From Desulfurococcaceae archaeon (GTDB lineage Archaea; Thermoproteota; Thermoprotei_A; Sulfolobales; Desulfurococcaceae), in assembly GCA_038824035.1 (NCBI GenBank), contig JAWBBW010000003.1, positions 1 through 64,000 of the forward strand: a stretch of DNA of 64,000 bases, read 5' to 3'. The position numbers and the translations under genes are program-made. Positions 19,016-28,738 of the stretch are shown here, piece by piece. The notes under the pieces are model-generated. The model was not told the DNA's origin and did no database searches. It saw nothing but the letters and a program-made list of their open reading frames with translations. Position 1 is the first letter of the stretch, and every line of letters starts with the position of its first letter.

Positions 19016-19983
19016 ATGTGTTGGGAGAATTCTTCAAAAATAACGTATTTTTTCTCATAATATTGCTTTCAATAATAATCATAATTCTCCCTATTATCCA
19101 CACCTTTTTGTTAAACATGTATTACCCGGTCAACTACCTGGTGCAACAATATAGGCTATATAGGGCCATTTACATAGTGATCTCGGGTATAGCCCTGTCT
19201 TATGCCGGGTGTCTTCTACAATCAACTCTCAGAAATCCACTAGTAGATCACTACATTCTAGGTATAGGTAGCGGTGCATTACTAGCCACATATCTCTGTA
19301 TATTGATCACAGGTTACAATGTCAGGTTGATCGCAACGGTAGCTATAATAGGTGGTTTATTAGCATTGTTCTTGACCACATCATTGGCTGAATACCTTTC
19401 TGGCTCTGATGTGGCGTATGTGTTGGCTGGTATGAGTATAAATAGCCTGTTCTCCGGGCTCTCGATTCTTCTATCATACTACGTGGTCACTAGGTATCCA
19501 TATGCATCTATACTCTTGGTTGGCGGTTTCACGTTATCAAGGCCAGGCCTATTACCATATCTATTGCCTTTGGCAATTGTAGTTATCCCAACATATTTCA
19601 TATTGGCCAAGAGACTCAACGCGGTATTACTAGGAGATGAGTATGCAATGCAACTTGGCGTTAATCCTAGAACAACTAGATTGATCAGCTCGATTATTTC
19701 GGGGTGTATCGCGAGCATGGTTGTGGCGTTTTTCGGGATAATAGGCTTCATAGGCTTAATGACCCCTCATGTTTCAAGGTTTTTGCTAAAAACAAGTGAC
19801 AATAGACTCGTGATCCCAATGGCACTGGGCCTCGGTGTTGGCATGTTATATCTCACAGATTTGTTGTCAAGAAGCATAGCGGCCCCTGTGATAGGTGAAA
19901 TACCATCAGGGGCAATAGTGTCTGCCATAGGAGCGCCTTTTTTCACATTGCTATTGATCAGGAGATTTAAGAGAGGGTTTTAA
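19012..19983 (+). CDS. BtuC/FecCD-family ABC permease
   Basis: QSTLRNPL...LGIGSGA, LGDEYAMQLG, GIIGFIGL..PH. Confidence 0.92.
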   Translation: MNVLGEFFKNNVFFLIILLSIIIIILPIIHTFLLNMYYPVNYLVQQYRLYRAIYIVISGIALSYAGCLLQSTLRNPLVDHYILGIGSGALLATYLCILITGYNVRLIATVAIIGGLLALFLTTSLAEYLSGSDVAYVLAGMSINSLFSGLSILLSYYVVTRYPYASILLVGGFTLSRPGLLPYLLPLAIVVIPTYFILAKRLNAVLLGDEYAMQLGVNPRTTRLISSIISGCIASMVVAFFGIIGFIGLMTPHVSRFLLKTSDNRLVIPMALGLGVGMLYLTDLLSRSIAAPVIGEIPSGAIVSAIGAPFFTLLLIRRFKRGF

Positions 19984-19985
19984 CG

Positions 19986-20747
19986 ATGATAGAGGTCAAG
20001 GATCTACGGGTTGTGTATAGGCCGTGGAACATAGAAGCGTTGAAAGGCATTTATCTCTCTATACCGAGAAATAAGGTCATCTGTGTACTGGGGCCCAATG
20101 CTTCTGGTAAGACAACGTTGTTGAAATCAATAGCTAATTTGATCGATTATGAAGGCGTGATATTGATAGATAAGGTAAATACGAGAAAACTCGGCAAATT
20201 ATTTAGAAAAATGATATCGTATACATCGAGCATTGAAAAGACGAAATTCTTAGGAGTAAGCGTGTTAGATGCACTACTGATATCACGATACCCCGTTTCC
20301 AAGGGATTCATAGATACGAGAGAGGACTATGAAGAGGTCGAGAGAATTGCAAAAGAGCTGGGCATAACGCATCTACTAAGAAGAAGGATCGATGAATTGA
20401 GTTCAGGCGAGCTCCAAAAAGTGGTGCTCGCAATGGCCTTGGTCAAGAAACCGAGCACCTTATTACTAGATGAGCCGGATAACCACTTAGACATAGGCAT
20501 GAAGCCTTTTTTATCTAGATTTCTCAGGAGGATATCCAGTGAATTGACAGTGATCCTCTCAACGCATGACCCGTTATTTGCTACACATGTCTGTGATTAC
20601 TATATACTATTGCATAATGGCGTTGTGAAATTTATGGGGACACATGAAGACCTGGTTAAAAACACCAAGATACTCGAAGAGGTTTTCGGAGTGGGGTTTG
20701 AACTGATCGAGACTGAGGCGAGGAAAATCATTGTCCCCATCTACTGA
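19986..20747 (+). CDS. ABC transporter ATP-binding subunit (BtuD/FepC type)
   Basis: GPNASGKT, LSSGE, LLLDEP, STHD. Confidence 0.92.
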   Translation: MIEVKDLRVVYRPWNIEALKGIYLSIPRNKVICVLGPNASGKTTLLKSIANLIDYEGVILIDKVNTRKLGKLFRKMISYTSSIEKTKFLGVSVLDALLISRYPVSKGFIDTREDYEEVERIAKELGITHLLRRRIDELSSGELQKVVLAMALVKKPSTLLLDEPDNHLDIGMKPFLSRFLRRISSELTVILSTHDPLFATHVCDYYILLHNGVVKFMGTHEDLVKNTKILEEVFGVGFELIETEARKIIVPIY

Positions 20748-20748
20748 T

Positions 20749-21339
20749 CTACCGAGGGCTTCTAGAACACAACATCGAGATCGATGCTATTATCACAGCA
20801 TCGTCTAGATATCTTCTGTAATTGTTAAACCAGATCACAATGCCATTACCTTCAAATACAGCCTTCTCTACCGGCTTAACGTAGTGGATCTCTATATCCG
20901 GCGGCATGCCTGGATAAGAGACTTTGTTTTCGCTGACTACTCCTATAGCCTCTACCTTGCTCGGGTTAGCTGAGAATATGACTATGAAATCTCTCAGATA
21001 AACCACGTGTTTGCTGACTAGCTCTATTATGTCTATACCTAGTTCCTTGTACATGACGATCGCCTTTTCACCATGCACCCCTATCACCTGTATACTGAGC
21101 ATATCGACGACGTTGCTTATTGTTTGCGATAAGTTCTTGTTGCCCTTTTTCAAGAAATCTATTATATGGCGCACCTGTCTCTCCCTTAGAGATAGATACC
21201 TCGATAAGCCAACTCTACCCATGCCTTCATACTTGGAGGCGAGCGCGACAGCTAGTGTCAATACAGGGTTCAATCCATGTCTATTCAGGGATTCATCTAG
21301 GAGGCCTTTTAGGTCATCACATTTGATCGGCATCAACAA
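20749..21339 (-). CDS. Hypothetical protein with N-terminal HTH-like segment
   Basis: GRVGLSRYLSLRERQVRHII resembles a winged-helix recognition helix; GAGAGG RBS. Confidence 0.55.
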   Translation of the reverse strand: MLMPIKCDDLKGLLDESLNRHGLNPVLTLAVALASKYEGMGRVGLSRYLSLRERQVRHIIDFLKKGNKNLSQTISNVVDMLSIQVIGVHGEKAIVMYKELGIDIIELVSKHVVYLRDFIVIFSANPSKVEAIGVVSENKVSYPGMPPDIEIHYVKPVEKAVFEGNGIVIWFNNYRRYLDDAVIIASISMLCSRSPR

Positions 21340-21492
21340 CCTCTCCTCGGATAAAAGAATTGAATACAGAGATGTTTAAAAACGATATTTGGTAATAAGC
21401 CATCTAAACTTCTCCTCGATAATATAGTTATTAAATAATTAATAAATGTATTTTCAATAAAATATAAACAAACCTCTCCGAGGTGCATAGAC

Positions 21493-22854
21493 ATGGCCTA
21501 TAGGAGGAATATACCAATTGCCATGACTATTGCTGGCAGTGATTCAGGTGGTGGGGCTGGGATAGAGGCTGATCTGAAGACTTTCGCGGCACTCGGCGTT
21601 CATGGCACAGTCGCGGTGACAAGTATCACGGCTCAGAATACATACGAAGTGAAGGCGATATTTGATCTACCTGGGTGGATGGTGTACGAGCAAATAAGGG
21701 CTGTGGCGGAGGATATGAGAATCGACGCGGCCAAGACCGGTATGTTAAGCAATAGCGATATAATAACCAATGTTGCCAAGGCTGTAAGGGATTTCAATTT
21801 ACAACTGGTGATCGACCCGGTGATGATCGCTAAATCAGGCGCCAGGCTTTTACGCGAAGACGCTATAGAGGCTCTTAGGAAAGAGTTGATCCCACTGGCC
21901 AAGGTCGTAACTCCTAATAAAATGGAGGCAGAGGCGTTGGCCGAGATATCGATAAACAACATAGAAGATGCGAAGAGAGCGGCTAAGATTATCCGTGAAA
22001 AATACGGTTGCGAATCGGTGGTTGTAAAAGGCGGACACCTAGAGGGCGATAAGGCGATCGATGTGCTCTATCACCGTGATCAATACTATTTCATTGAATC
22101 AGAGAAAATAATGGATGCCTGTCTACATGGCGGGGGTTGTACATATTCGGCTGCTATAGCGGCATATCTCGCCAAGGGCCTTGACGTGGTGAGCGCGGTG
22201 AGAAAGGCGAAGGAATTCATAACCACGGCTATCAAATACGGGCTTAGACTAGGTAAAGGACATTGCCCTGTTAACCCAATGGCGTGGTTAGAGATACCAG
22301 CGGAGAGATATAACGCTATTAAACACGTGGAGAACGCTGTCCAATTAGTGCTTAATAATTCCGAGAAAATATATAAATACGCGCCAGAAGTCGGCATAAA
22401 CATCGTTGAAGCTATAAGTCCTAAATACCTGAGGTCCACAGAGGATGTCGCTGGTGTGTTAGGCAGGGTCGTCAAAGCTCGTGGAAAATTGATGCAGGCA
22501 GGTCCAGTGGAGTTTGGGGCATCAGATCACCTGGCTAGATTAGTGATGGAAATAACTAGGTATAACCCGGAGTTCAGAGCGGCGTTGAACATTAGATATG
22601 ATAAAAATCTTGTCGACAACGCTACGCGTAAGAACTATGTAGTGGTGTTTGTGGATAGAAGGCTTGAACCCCAAGATATCAGGTCAAGGGAAGGTATGTC
22701 GATGAAATGGCTTGTTGAAGAGGCTTTTAAAAAGGCCAATAGAGTCCCGGATATAATCTATGATATAGGAGATATTGGTAAGGAACCTATGATCAGGATA
22801 CTTGGCAGAGATGCGTTGGAGGTTGTGAATAAATTATTGGAGATAATAGAGTAG
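21493..22854 (+). CDS. thiDN: Bifunctional HMP/HMP-P kinase + archaeal thiamine phosphate synthase (ThiD-ThiN fusion)
   Basis: [36 protein letters not shown]; C-terminal PEVGINI, FGASDH, GKEPMI. Confidence 0.93.
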   Translation: MAYRRNIPIAMTIAGSDSGGGAGIEADLKTFAALGVHGTVAVTSITAQNTYEVKAIFDLPGWMVYEQIRAVAEDMRIDAAKTGMLSNSDIITNVAKAVRDFNLQLVIDPVMIAKSGARLLREDAIEALRKELIPLAKVVTPNKMEAEALAEISINNIEDAKRAAKIIREKYGCESVVVKGGHLEGDKAIDVLYHRDQYYFIESEKIMDACLHGGGCTYSAAIAAYLAKGLDVVSAVRKAKEFITTAIKYGLRLGKGHCPVNPMAWLEIPAERYNAIKHVENAVQLVLNNSEKIYKYAPEVGINIVEAISPKYLRSTEDVAGVLGRVVKARGKLMQAGPVEFGASDHLARLVMEITRYNPEFRAALNIRYDKNLVDNATRKNYVVVFVDRRLEPQDIRSREGMSMKWLVEEAFKKANRVPDIIYDIGDIGKEPMIRILGRDALEVVNKLLEIIE

Positions 22855-22977
22855 TATTTTGGCTAAGATAATGCATCGAATTCAGTATTTTAACCTCTTT
22901 GTTTAAGCTTTATATCTTTTCACGGCGATTTTTATCGTCGTGAATAAGCAAAAGGCCTCGCTGATACAGGTGGGCTG

Positions 22978-24510
22978 ATGTTCAAGGGGTTTAAAATACT
23001 CCTTACAGGCGATGAAGGCCTGGTCAGCACGTATCACAGAACATACCTGGGGTTCGCGTCTGGACTCCCAATGGATATTTTCCCAGCTTTCCTGGGTGAA
23101 TTGTTATTCCCAACTAAGAGCGGTGAACATGGTAGGATGAAAACAACTCAGTACGGGCTATGTAAGATCGAGGCATCATTATTAGAATCGGGTTTCACCA
23201 GGGATGAGGTCGCAATAGTGGATCCAAGGAGACTGGATGAAGGGATAGGGCCCGATACGAGGGCTGTGGGTATAGGCGTCTTGGACCCACTAGGAATAAA
23301 CTATGGTACAATGCTCTTGAGAACAGTTTTATGGATAATGGGTGTTGAGACAAAGTTACAATCGTATATGTCGTGGGCTACTATGAAGATATTGAAAAAC
23401 CCTGTAATGAATAAGTATAGGAAAAACATCAAGGTGATTCTTGGGGGTCAAGGGGTATGGGAGATCATAGATAGCGGTCTCCAGGACAAATTGGGAATAG
23501 ATACAATAGTTGAGGGCGAAGGAGAACTTGTAGCCCCAGGTCTTTTCAAGGAGGCTGTTAATGGTGGAAAATTACCCCGTTATGTTAAAGGGCCGCCAGT
23601 GCCGGTCGACAAGATACCGGTTATTAGGACACCTTCGCGAGGTATTGTCGAGATCACAAGGGGTTGTGGAAGAGGATGTAGATTCTGCAATCCAACACTC
23701 CTCATGTTCAGGAGCATACCAGTGGATAAGATCATTAGAGAAGTGAGCGTGAACATATTAGGCGGTGAAAACTGCATAACACTTCACTCAGAGGATTTCT
23801 TAAGATATGGCTCCACCAGTCTTGTGCCCAGAGAAGATAAGGTGATCGGGTTATTGAGCACTGTGTTGAAAATGCCAGGTGTCAAGGAGTTATCAGTGGA
23901 TTTTGTCACGGCTTCGAGCGTTATGGCTAATCCCGGGTTAGTCAGGAAAACAGGCGAGTTGCTCGGCCTCAACGAAAATAACCCCTCCATAATACAGCTA
24001 GGAATAGAGTCTGCGAGCCCGAGGCTTATACAGGAGATAGCACCGGGCAAGCCCAGGCCATTTAAGCCAGAGGAATGGCCGAGAGTAGTTGAAGATGCTG
24101 TTGCTGTCTTGAATGATTCTGGCTGGTGGATTTGTGCAACCCTCATTGTTAATCTCCCCGGCGAGAAACCCGAGGACATCGAGATGAATATTAGGCTGGT
24201 CGAACAATTATCAGCATATAATGTCTTCGTGTTTCCACTCCCATTCATACCTTCTGGTAGTTTGAGGAGATCTAGAGGGCTTAAGACCAGTGAAATACTT
24301 CCATCTGGTAATAACCTGGAATTAATCGCTTTAGCTGTATATGATGGGATCAATAAATTGAGGAAATTGTCAAAACACCTTGTTGCGAAAGCTCCGTTCG
24401 GTGTTAGACAAATTCTCGGAGCTCTCCTATACTTTGCGGCATCCATCGGTCTCAGGAGACTTCAGAGAGGTTTGTTAGAACCGAGGATTTTATCCAAGAT
24501 CGCGGTGTAA
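22978..24510 (+). CDS. B12-binding-domain radical SAM protein
   Basis: YGLCKIEA, GGQG, GEGE, EITRGCGRGCRFC, GIES. Confidence 0.85.
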   Translation: MFKGFKILLTGDEGLVSTYHRTYLGFASGLPMDIFPAFLGELLFPTKSGEHGRMKTTQYGLCKIEASLLESGFTRDEVAIVDPRRLDEGIGPDTRAVGIGVLDPLGINYGTMLLRTVLWIMGVETKLQSYMSWATMKILKNPVMNKYRKNIKVILGGQGVWEIIDSGLQDKLGIDTIVEGEGELVAPGLFKEAVNGGKLPRYVKGPPVPVDKIPVIRTPSRGIVEITRGCGRGCRFCNPTLLMFRSIPVDKIIREVSVNILGGENCITLHSEDFLRYGSTSLVPREDKVIGLLSTVLKMPGVKELSVDFVTASSVMANPGLVRKTGELLGLNENNPSIIQLGIESASPRLIQEIAPGKPRPFKPEEWPRVVEDAVAVLNDSGWWICATLIVNLPGEKPEDIEMNIRLVEQLSAYNVFVFPLPFIPSGSLRRSRGLKTSEILPSGNNLELIALAVYDGINKLRKLSKHLVAKAPFGVRQILGALLYFAASIGLRRLQRGLLEPRILSKIAV

Positions 24511-24542
24511 GTGTTTTTAAACACTAGCACTAGTTTTAAATC

Positions 24543-25052
24543 ATGATATGTGATAACAGATGTGAAGGACCCTGTATGGGGCGGATAGCTAGTAAGTTTG
24601 GCTTTATCGATTTCAAAAACATATGTAGTGATTGCAGGGTCAATTGTTGTAGAAAATATTACGCTGTGTTATTGCCGGAAGAAGAGCCAGAATTCGAAAA
24701 CGTATCCTTCGCGATCAACACAGAAAAGGGGATTGTGAGAGGTATTGGGAGTTATGGTGGTAAGCCATGTCCATATTTATCGGAAAATGGGTTTTGCAAA
24801 ATATATGAAAAAAGACCATTTGATTGTAGATTATGGCCGGTGGTTGTATACATAGACTTAAAGACAATGGAGAAAGTCATATACTTGGACAAGGAATGCC
24901 CGGCAGTGATAGAGAACAGGATACCGCCTAGTTTGATCAACAGGATAATTGAGGAAGTCAGGAAAATAGATTTCGATGAAAAATGGTTAATCAAATACAC
25001 TCTTGCACCATGGCCTAATAACTTCATAGAGATAGCGAGAATTAGGACATGA
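24543..25052 (+). CDS. YkgJ family cysteine-cluster protein
   Basis: CSDCRVNCC...CPYL...CKIYEKRPFDCRLWP. Confidence 0.85.
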   Translation: MICDNRCEGPCMGRIASKFGFIDFKNICSDCRVNCCRKYYAVLLPEEEPEFENVSFAINTEKGIVRGIGSYGGKPCPYLSENGFCKIYEKRPFDCRLWPVVVYIDLKTMEKVIYLDKECPAVIENRIPPSLINRIIEEVRKIDFDEKWLIKYTLAPWPNNFIEIARIRT

Positions 25053-25088
25053 CCGCGAGGTGCCCGCTAATTTATTTATCGCGAAAAC

Positions 25089-26684
25089 ATGGATTTATCA
25101 AGGGGATCTTCTATGCAAGAAGAGAACTTGAAAAGCATTGACCGAGAAATGGCGGATTTCTATAGGAAACTGAGAAAAGAACTATTCATTCCAAGCGCCG
25201 AATACATTAACTCGTTGAAATCAATTATACAGGGATTACGGATAAAGACTACCCAGGCCAAGGTGAAACATTGTAATAGGAAAGAGAAGTCGTGCTTATT
25301 AATAGATCATGTCTTGGAGTTATTGGATAGTATCGAGATAACTATAGAGGAAAACCTGAGACATCCCAGTAAATTTATACGTGGACTTGGATACAGGATC
25401 TATAGCATAGTATTTGATGAAAGGAAATCAATAGATGATAAACTAGTCGAGATCAGTAATATCGTTGACAAAATGGCCGAGTTCTATGGAGCCCTGCTCG
25501 AGATCACTAGAAAAGCCAGGGATGAGAGGATTAAGAGAGCCATTGTGACGGCCGAAGGGCTTGTTAAGGACATTGAGAACATGACTGAGAATTTATTAAA
25601 TGAATCGAGAAAAGCTGGACACGTGGATAAAGGGAAATATTTTAACATTATTCAAAAACTTTGTATAATAGGATCATATGTTTCGAGTTATGTAAGAGAA
25701 GCCAACGCTATTATCGGGAAAGAGAGAGATGTCCTCGAGGATATACCTTATGAAATCTATGTCGAGAAAAAATATAGATTACCATTGAAATGGATTGTGA
25801 AATGGCATGAAAAGGAGCTGAGATCATCGATTGATAGGTTCAAGGAGATGGCATGTGCGATAGATCCAACAAGAGATCCGATCGAGGTGTTGAAAAGCAC
25901 TATACATGTTTCATACTCCACGCCAGAGGAGATGTTTAATGATATGAAAAAGTTTCTCGAAATTGCTAGAGATCATGCCTCAAAGTACATTGATTTACCC
26001 CAAGACATAGTGTGTGAAGTTACGGGTGTTAGGGAGTTTGAAAAAGATATATATCCAATGGGCTATGCCGGAGTGCCCGATCCTCTTGAAAAGGAAACGA
26101 AATGCATGATCGCATTAAACCAATATAATTATCGGGCGTTTTCACGTGGTTGGTTAATGATGATGGCTATACACGAGGCCTATTATGGGCATAACATTCA
26201 TTGGATCAAAGTAGGACTCGCGGATATACCTGAATCGTTTAAAATACCGAGTGACATAGGGTCTCCATTGGCCGAAGGACTAGCACATAGAGGAGAAGAG
26301 CTATTACAAGACATATACGGTGATAAGTCATTTCCACCACTAGTTGCCTGGAGAAGAGTACACACAGCACTAAGGGTTTACATAGAGATAAACATGTTCC
26401 TCTACAATAAAATAACGCCAGAGGATGCTGTTAAATTATACATGAATATAATGGGTTTCGATGAACAAACGGCAAAAGGACTTGTAGAAGCACACCTAGA
26501 AAATAGGGGGTATAATTTATGTTACCTGGCTGGCTATAAGATGATAGAGGAGTATAGGTCTAAACTCAGAGATCTCGATGAAAAGACATTCAGCAATACA
26601 CTATTCTCAGCTGGTTTTATTTCAATCAGAAATGTCAAGAAAGTGCTGGATATAAAGGAGGATATGCCCTGGGAAAAAGACTAG
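25089..26684 (+). CDS. DUF885-family putative zinc metallopeptidase
   Basis: IHEAYYGH...AEGLA...YLAG zincin-like motifs. Confidence 0.7.
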   Translation: MDLSRGSSMQEENLKSIDREMADFYRKLRKELFIPSAEYINSLKSIIQGLRIKTTQAKVKHCNRKEKSCLLIDHVLELLDSIEITIEENLRHPSKFIRGLGYRIYSIVFDERKSIDDKLVEISNIVDKMAEFYGALLEITRKARDERIKRAIVTAEGLVKDIENMTENLLNESRKAGHVDKGKYFNIIQKLCIIGSYVSSYVREANAIIGKERDVLEDIPYEIYVEKKYRLPLKWIVKWHEKELRSSIDRFKEMACAIDPTRDPIEVLKSTIHVSYSTPEEMFNDMKKFLEIARDHASKYIDLPQDIVCEVTGVREFEKDIYPMGYAGVPDPLEKETKCMIALNQYNYRAFSRGWLMMMAIHEAYYGHNIHWIKVGLADIPESFKIPSDIGSPLAEGLAHRGEELLQDIYGDKSFPPLVAWRRVHTALRVYIEINMFLYNKITPEDAVKLYMNIMGFDEQTAKGLVEAHLENRGYNLCYLAGYKMIEEYRSKLRDLDEKTFSNTLFSAGFISIRNVKKVLDIKEDMPWEKD

Positions 26685-26691
26685 CTATTTT

Positions 26692-28590
26692 CTACTCGTA
26701 TATGACCTTTTTCTCAAACATATCTAGTAAAGGTATCCAGACAGTCATGGGGCCGGGCTCTCTGTTCGCCCACGCATAGTATGGTATTGCTTTGAACTTT
26801 GCTTTCCTCGTCTTTAACGAGAACTTGTTTAGCTCGATGTAAAGTTCATGTGTACTGTATTCAAGCGCGTAACCCTCGCCTTCGATCACCACGACTCCGT
26901 TGAGTAAGTTGGGCTCGAATCTAGCTTCCAATTTGGATTTGGTGGTTAATGCAATGCTCCACACATCTATGCCTGGGTTATCGACTTGCTCTAGGCAATA
27001 AATTATGGGGCCTCTCTTGATCGCAACTTTGCCTGTGTTGTGGATCACCATGGGGTTTGAGGCGATCAATTTAATTGGCATCTCGATATCTAGTCTAATG
27101 GTATCCCCCATTCTCCATAATCTTTCTATTCTCAAGTATGTTGATGGCTTTATCTGGGTATTCACTGGTTTATCATTCACATATACCTTAGCTCCCTGAG
27201 CCCAACCAGGAATTCTGAGATAAATTGAGAATTCGTCCTCTGTCTCCGGATATACTTTGATCAAAACTCTGCCATCCCATGGATAATTGGTCTCTTGTTC
27301 GATCTTGACCTTTTTGCCCTTGAACTCTATATCAGCCTCGTTAGAGGCATATAAATTGATCCAGATACCATCACTGGATGTGTTGTAGAAATATCCTGGT
27401 AGAGATGCGAGTAATCTGGCTATGTTCGGTGGACAACATGGGCAAGGGAACCATGGCTGTCTCCTATGTTTACCACGATCGGCGAGTGGGTTAACATAGA
27501 AGAATAGCTTTCCATCTAGTGAGATACCTGATAATGCGCCATTATATAGCGTTAACTCCATGATATCAGCATACTTTGCTTCACCGGTCGCTAGTAATAA
27601 CCTATAATTCCACGTGACATTGGCTACGGACGCACATGTCTCAGCATATGCCCTGTCATTTGGTAATTCGTATGCCTCGCCAATCGCCTCTCCATCATGT
27701 CTTGAGCCGATTCCGCCAGTTATGTACATCTTCTTATTCACGACATCTAGCCATAGCCTATCAATGGCTTCCCATAACTCCTTGTTGCCGGTCTCCAAGT
27801 ACAGGTCTGTAGCACCTGTCGTAAGATATAGAAATCTAACGGCATGAGCGCCTGGCGGCGCCTCGTCGAGTTGTTTAAACGGCTTATTATCGACGAAATA
27901 GGGCCATCCATCCAGTTTACCTCTACCCCTTAATTCTATGAAGAATTCTGTGAGTTCTAGTAGCCTCTTATCCCTTGTCTCCCTATAGAGTTCAGGCAGG
28001 GCGATCTCTATCTCAGGGTGGCCGTCGGGCATTTCAAGTTTTCCAGGGCCAAAGGTGTTGTAGAGATGTTCGGCGTATTTGATCGCGACATTGAAGAGCT
28101 TTTCGCATACACCCGTTCTCTTACACGCTATCGCTGCCTGTATCATGTGGCCTCCGACATATAGTTCGTGTGACCATCTAAGGTTCTTATACCTCTCCTC
28201 CGGTTTTCCATGAAACCTCGTATTAATGTAGCCATCGGGCTCTTGTACAGCTTCAACTAGCTCGACAACTTCTTTGACTTTCTCCTCGAGTTCACGGTTT
28301 CGTTTATATGATAGTAACCAGGCAGTTGCTTCTAACCATTTGTACACATGTTCATCAGCAAATACATATCCCTTGAACTCAGCTTGTACTCTGCCTAGGA
28401 TTCTCCTGAAATTGTTTAATGCACCCGATTCCTCCAGTTTACTGTATATGGCTGGCAATGTTGACGTTGAGAGCAATTCTATTCGTGGCGCCCAAAACGT
28501 GTCTTTTAACTTGACGTTCGTTATAGGAACAGGTTTTAGCCTTGCATGTGGGGATAGGGTGGTATCCACTACTATGGGCTTGGTCTCCAT
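26692..28590 (-). CDS. GH127 beta-L-arabinofuranosidase (HypBA1-like)
   Basis: HELY..GH, GHPEIE, HAVR, YITGGIG, YAETCAS, CPCCPPN; no signal peptide. Confidence 0.92.
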   Translation of the reverse strand: METKPIVVDTTLSPHARLKPVPITNVKLKDTFWAPRIELLSTSTLPAIYSKLEESGALNNFRRILGRVQAEFKGYVFADEHVYKWLEATAWLLSYKRNRELEEKVKEVVELVEAVQEPDGYINTRFHGKPEERYKNLRWSHELYVGGHMIQAAIACKRTGVCEKLFNVAIKYAEHLYNTFGPGKLEMPDGHPEIEIALPELYRETRDKRLLELTEFFIELRGRGKLDGWPYFVDNKPFKQLDEAPPGAHAVRFLYLTTGATDLYLETGNKELWEAIDRLWLDVVNKKMYITGGIGSRHDGEAIGEAYELPNDRAYAETCASVANVTWNYRLLLATGEAKYADIMELTLYNGALSGISLDGKLFFYVNPLADRGKHRRQPWFPCPCCPPNIARLLASLPGYFYNTSSDGIWINLYASNEADIEFKGKKVKIEQETNYPWDGRVLIKVYPETEDEFSIYLRIPGWAQGAKVYVNDKPVNTQIKPSTYLRIERLWRMGDTIRLDIEMPIKLIASNPMVIHNTGKVAIKRGPIIYCLEQVDNPGIDVWSIALTTKSKLEARFEPNLLNGVVVIEGEGYALEYSTHELYIELNKFSLKTRKAKFKAIPYYAWANREPGPMTVWIPLLDMFEKKVIYE

Positions 28591-28738
28591 ATGTAACCCT
28601 CCAGTCTGGTATATCGATGTAGTGGTATAAAAACAACAATAGAGACTTATAGCTGAAAGCTGAAAACGGTAATTTAATAAACCATTTATCCATTCATAAT
28701 ACCACGAAGATATTTGCTAGGTTAAGTTTTTAAACACC

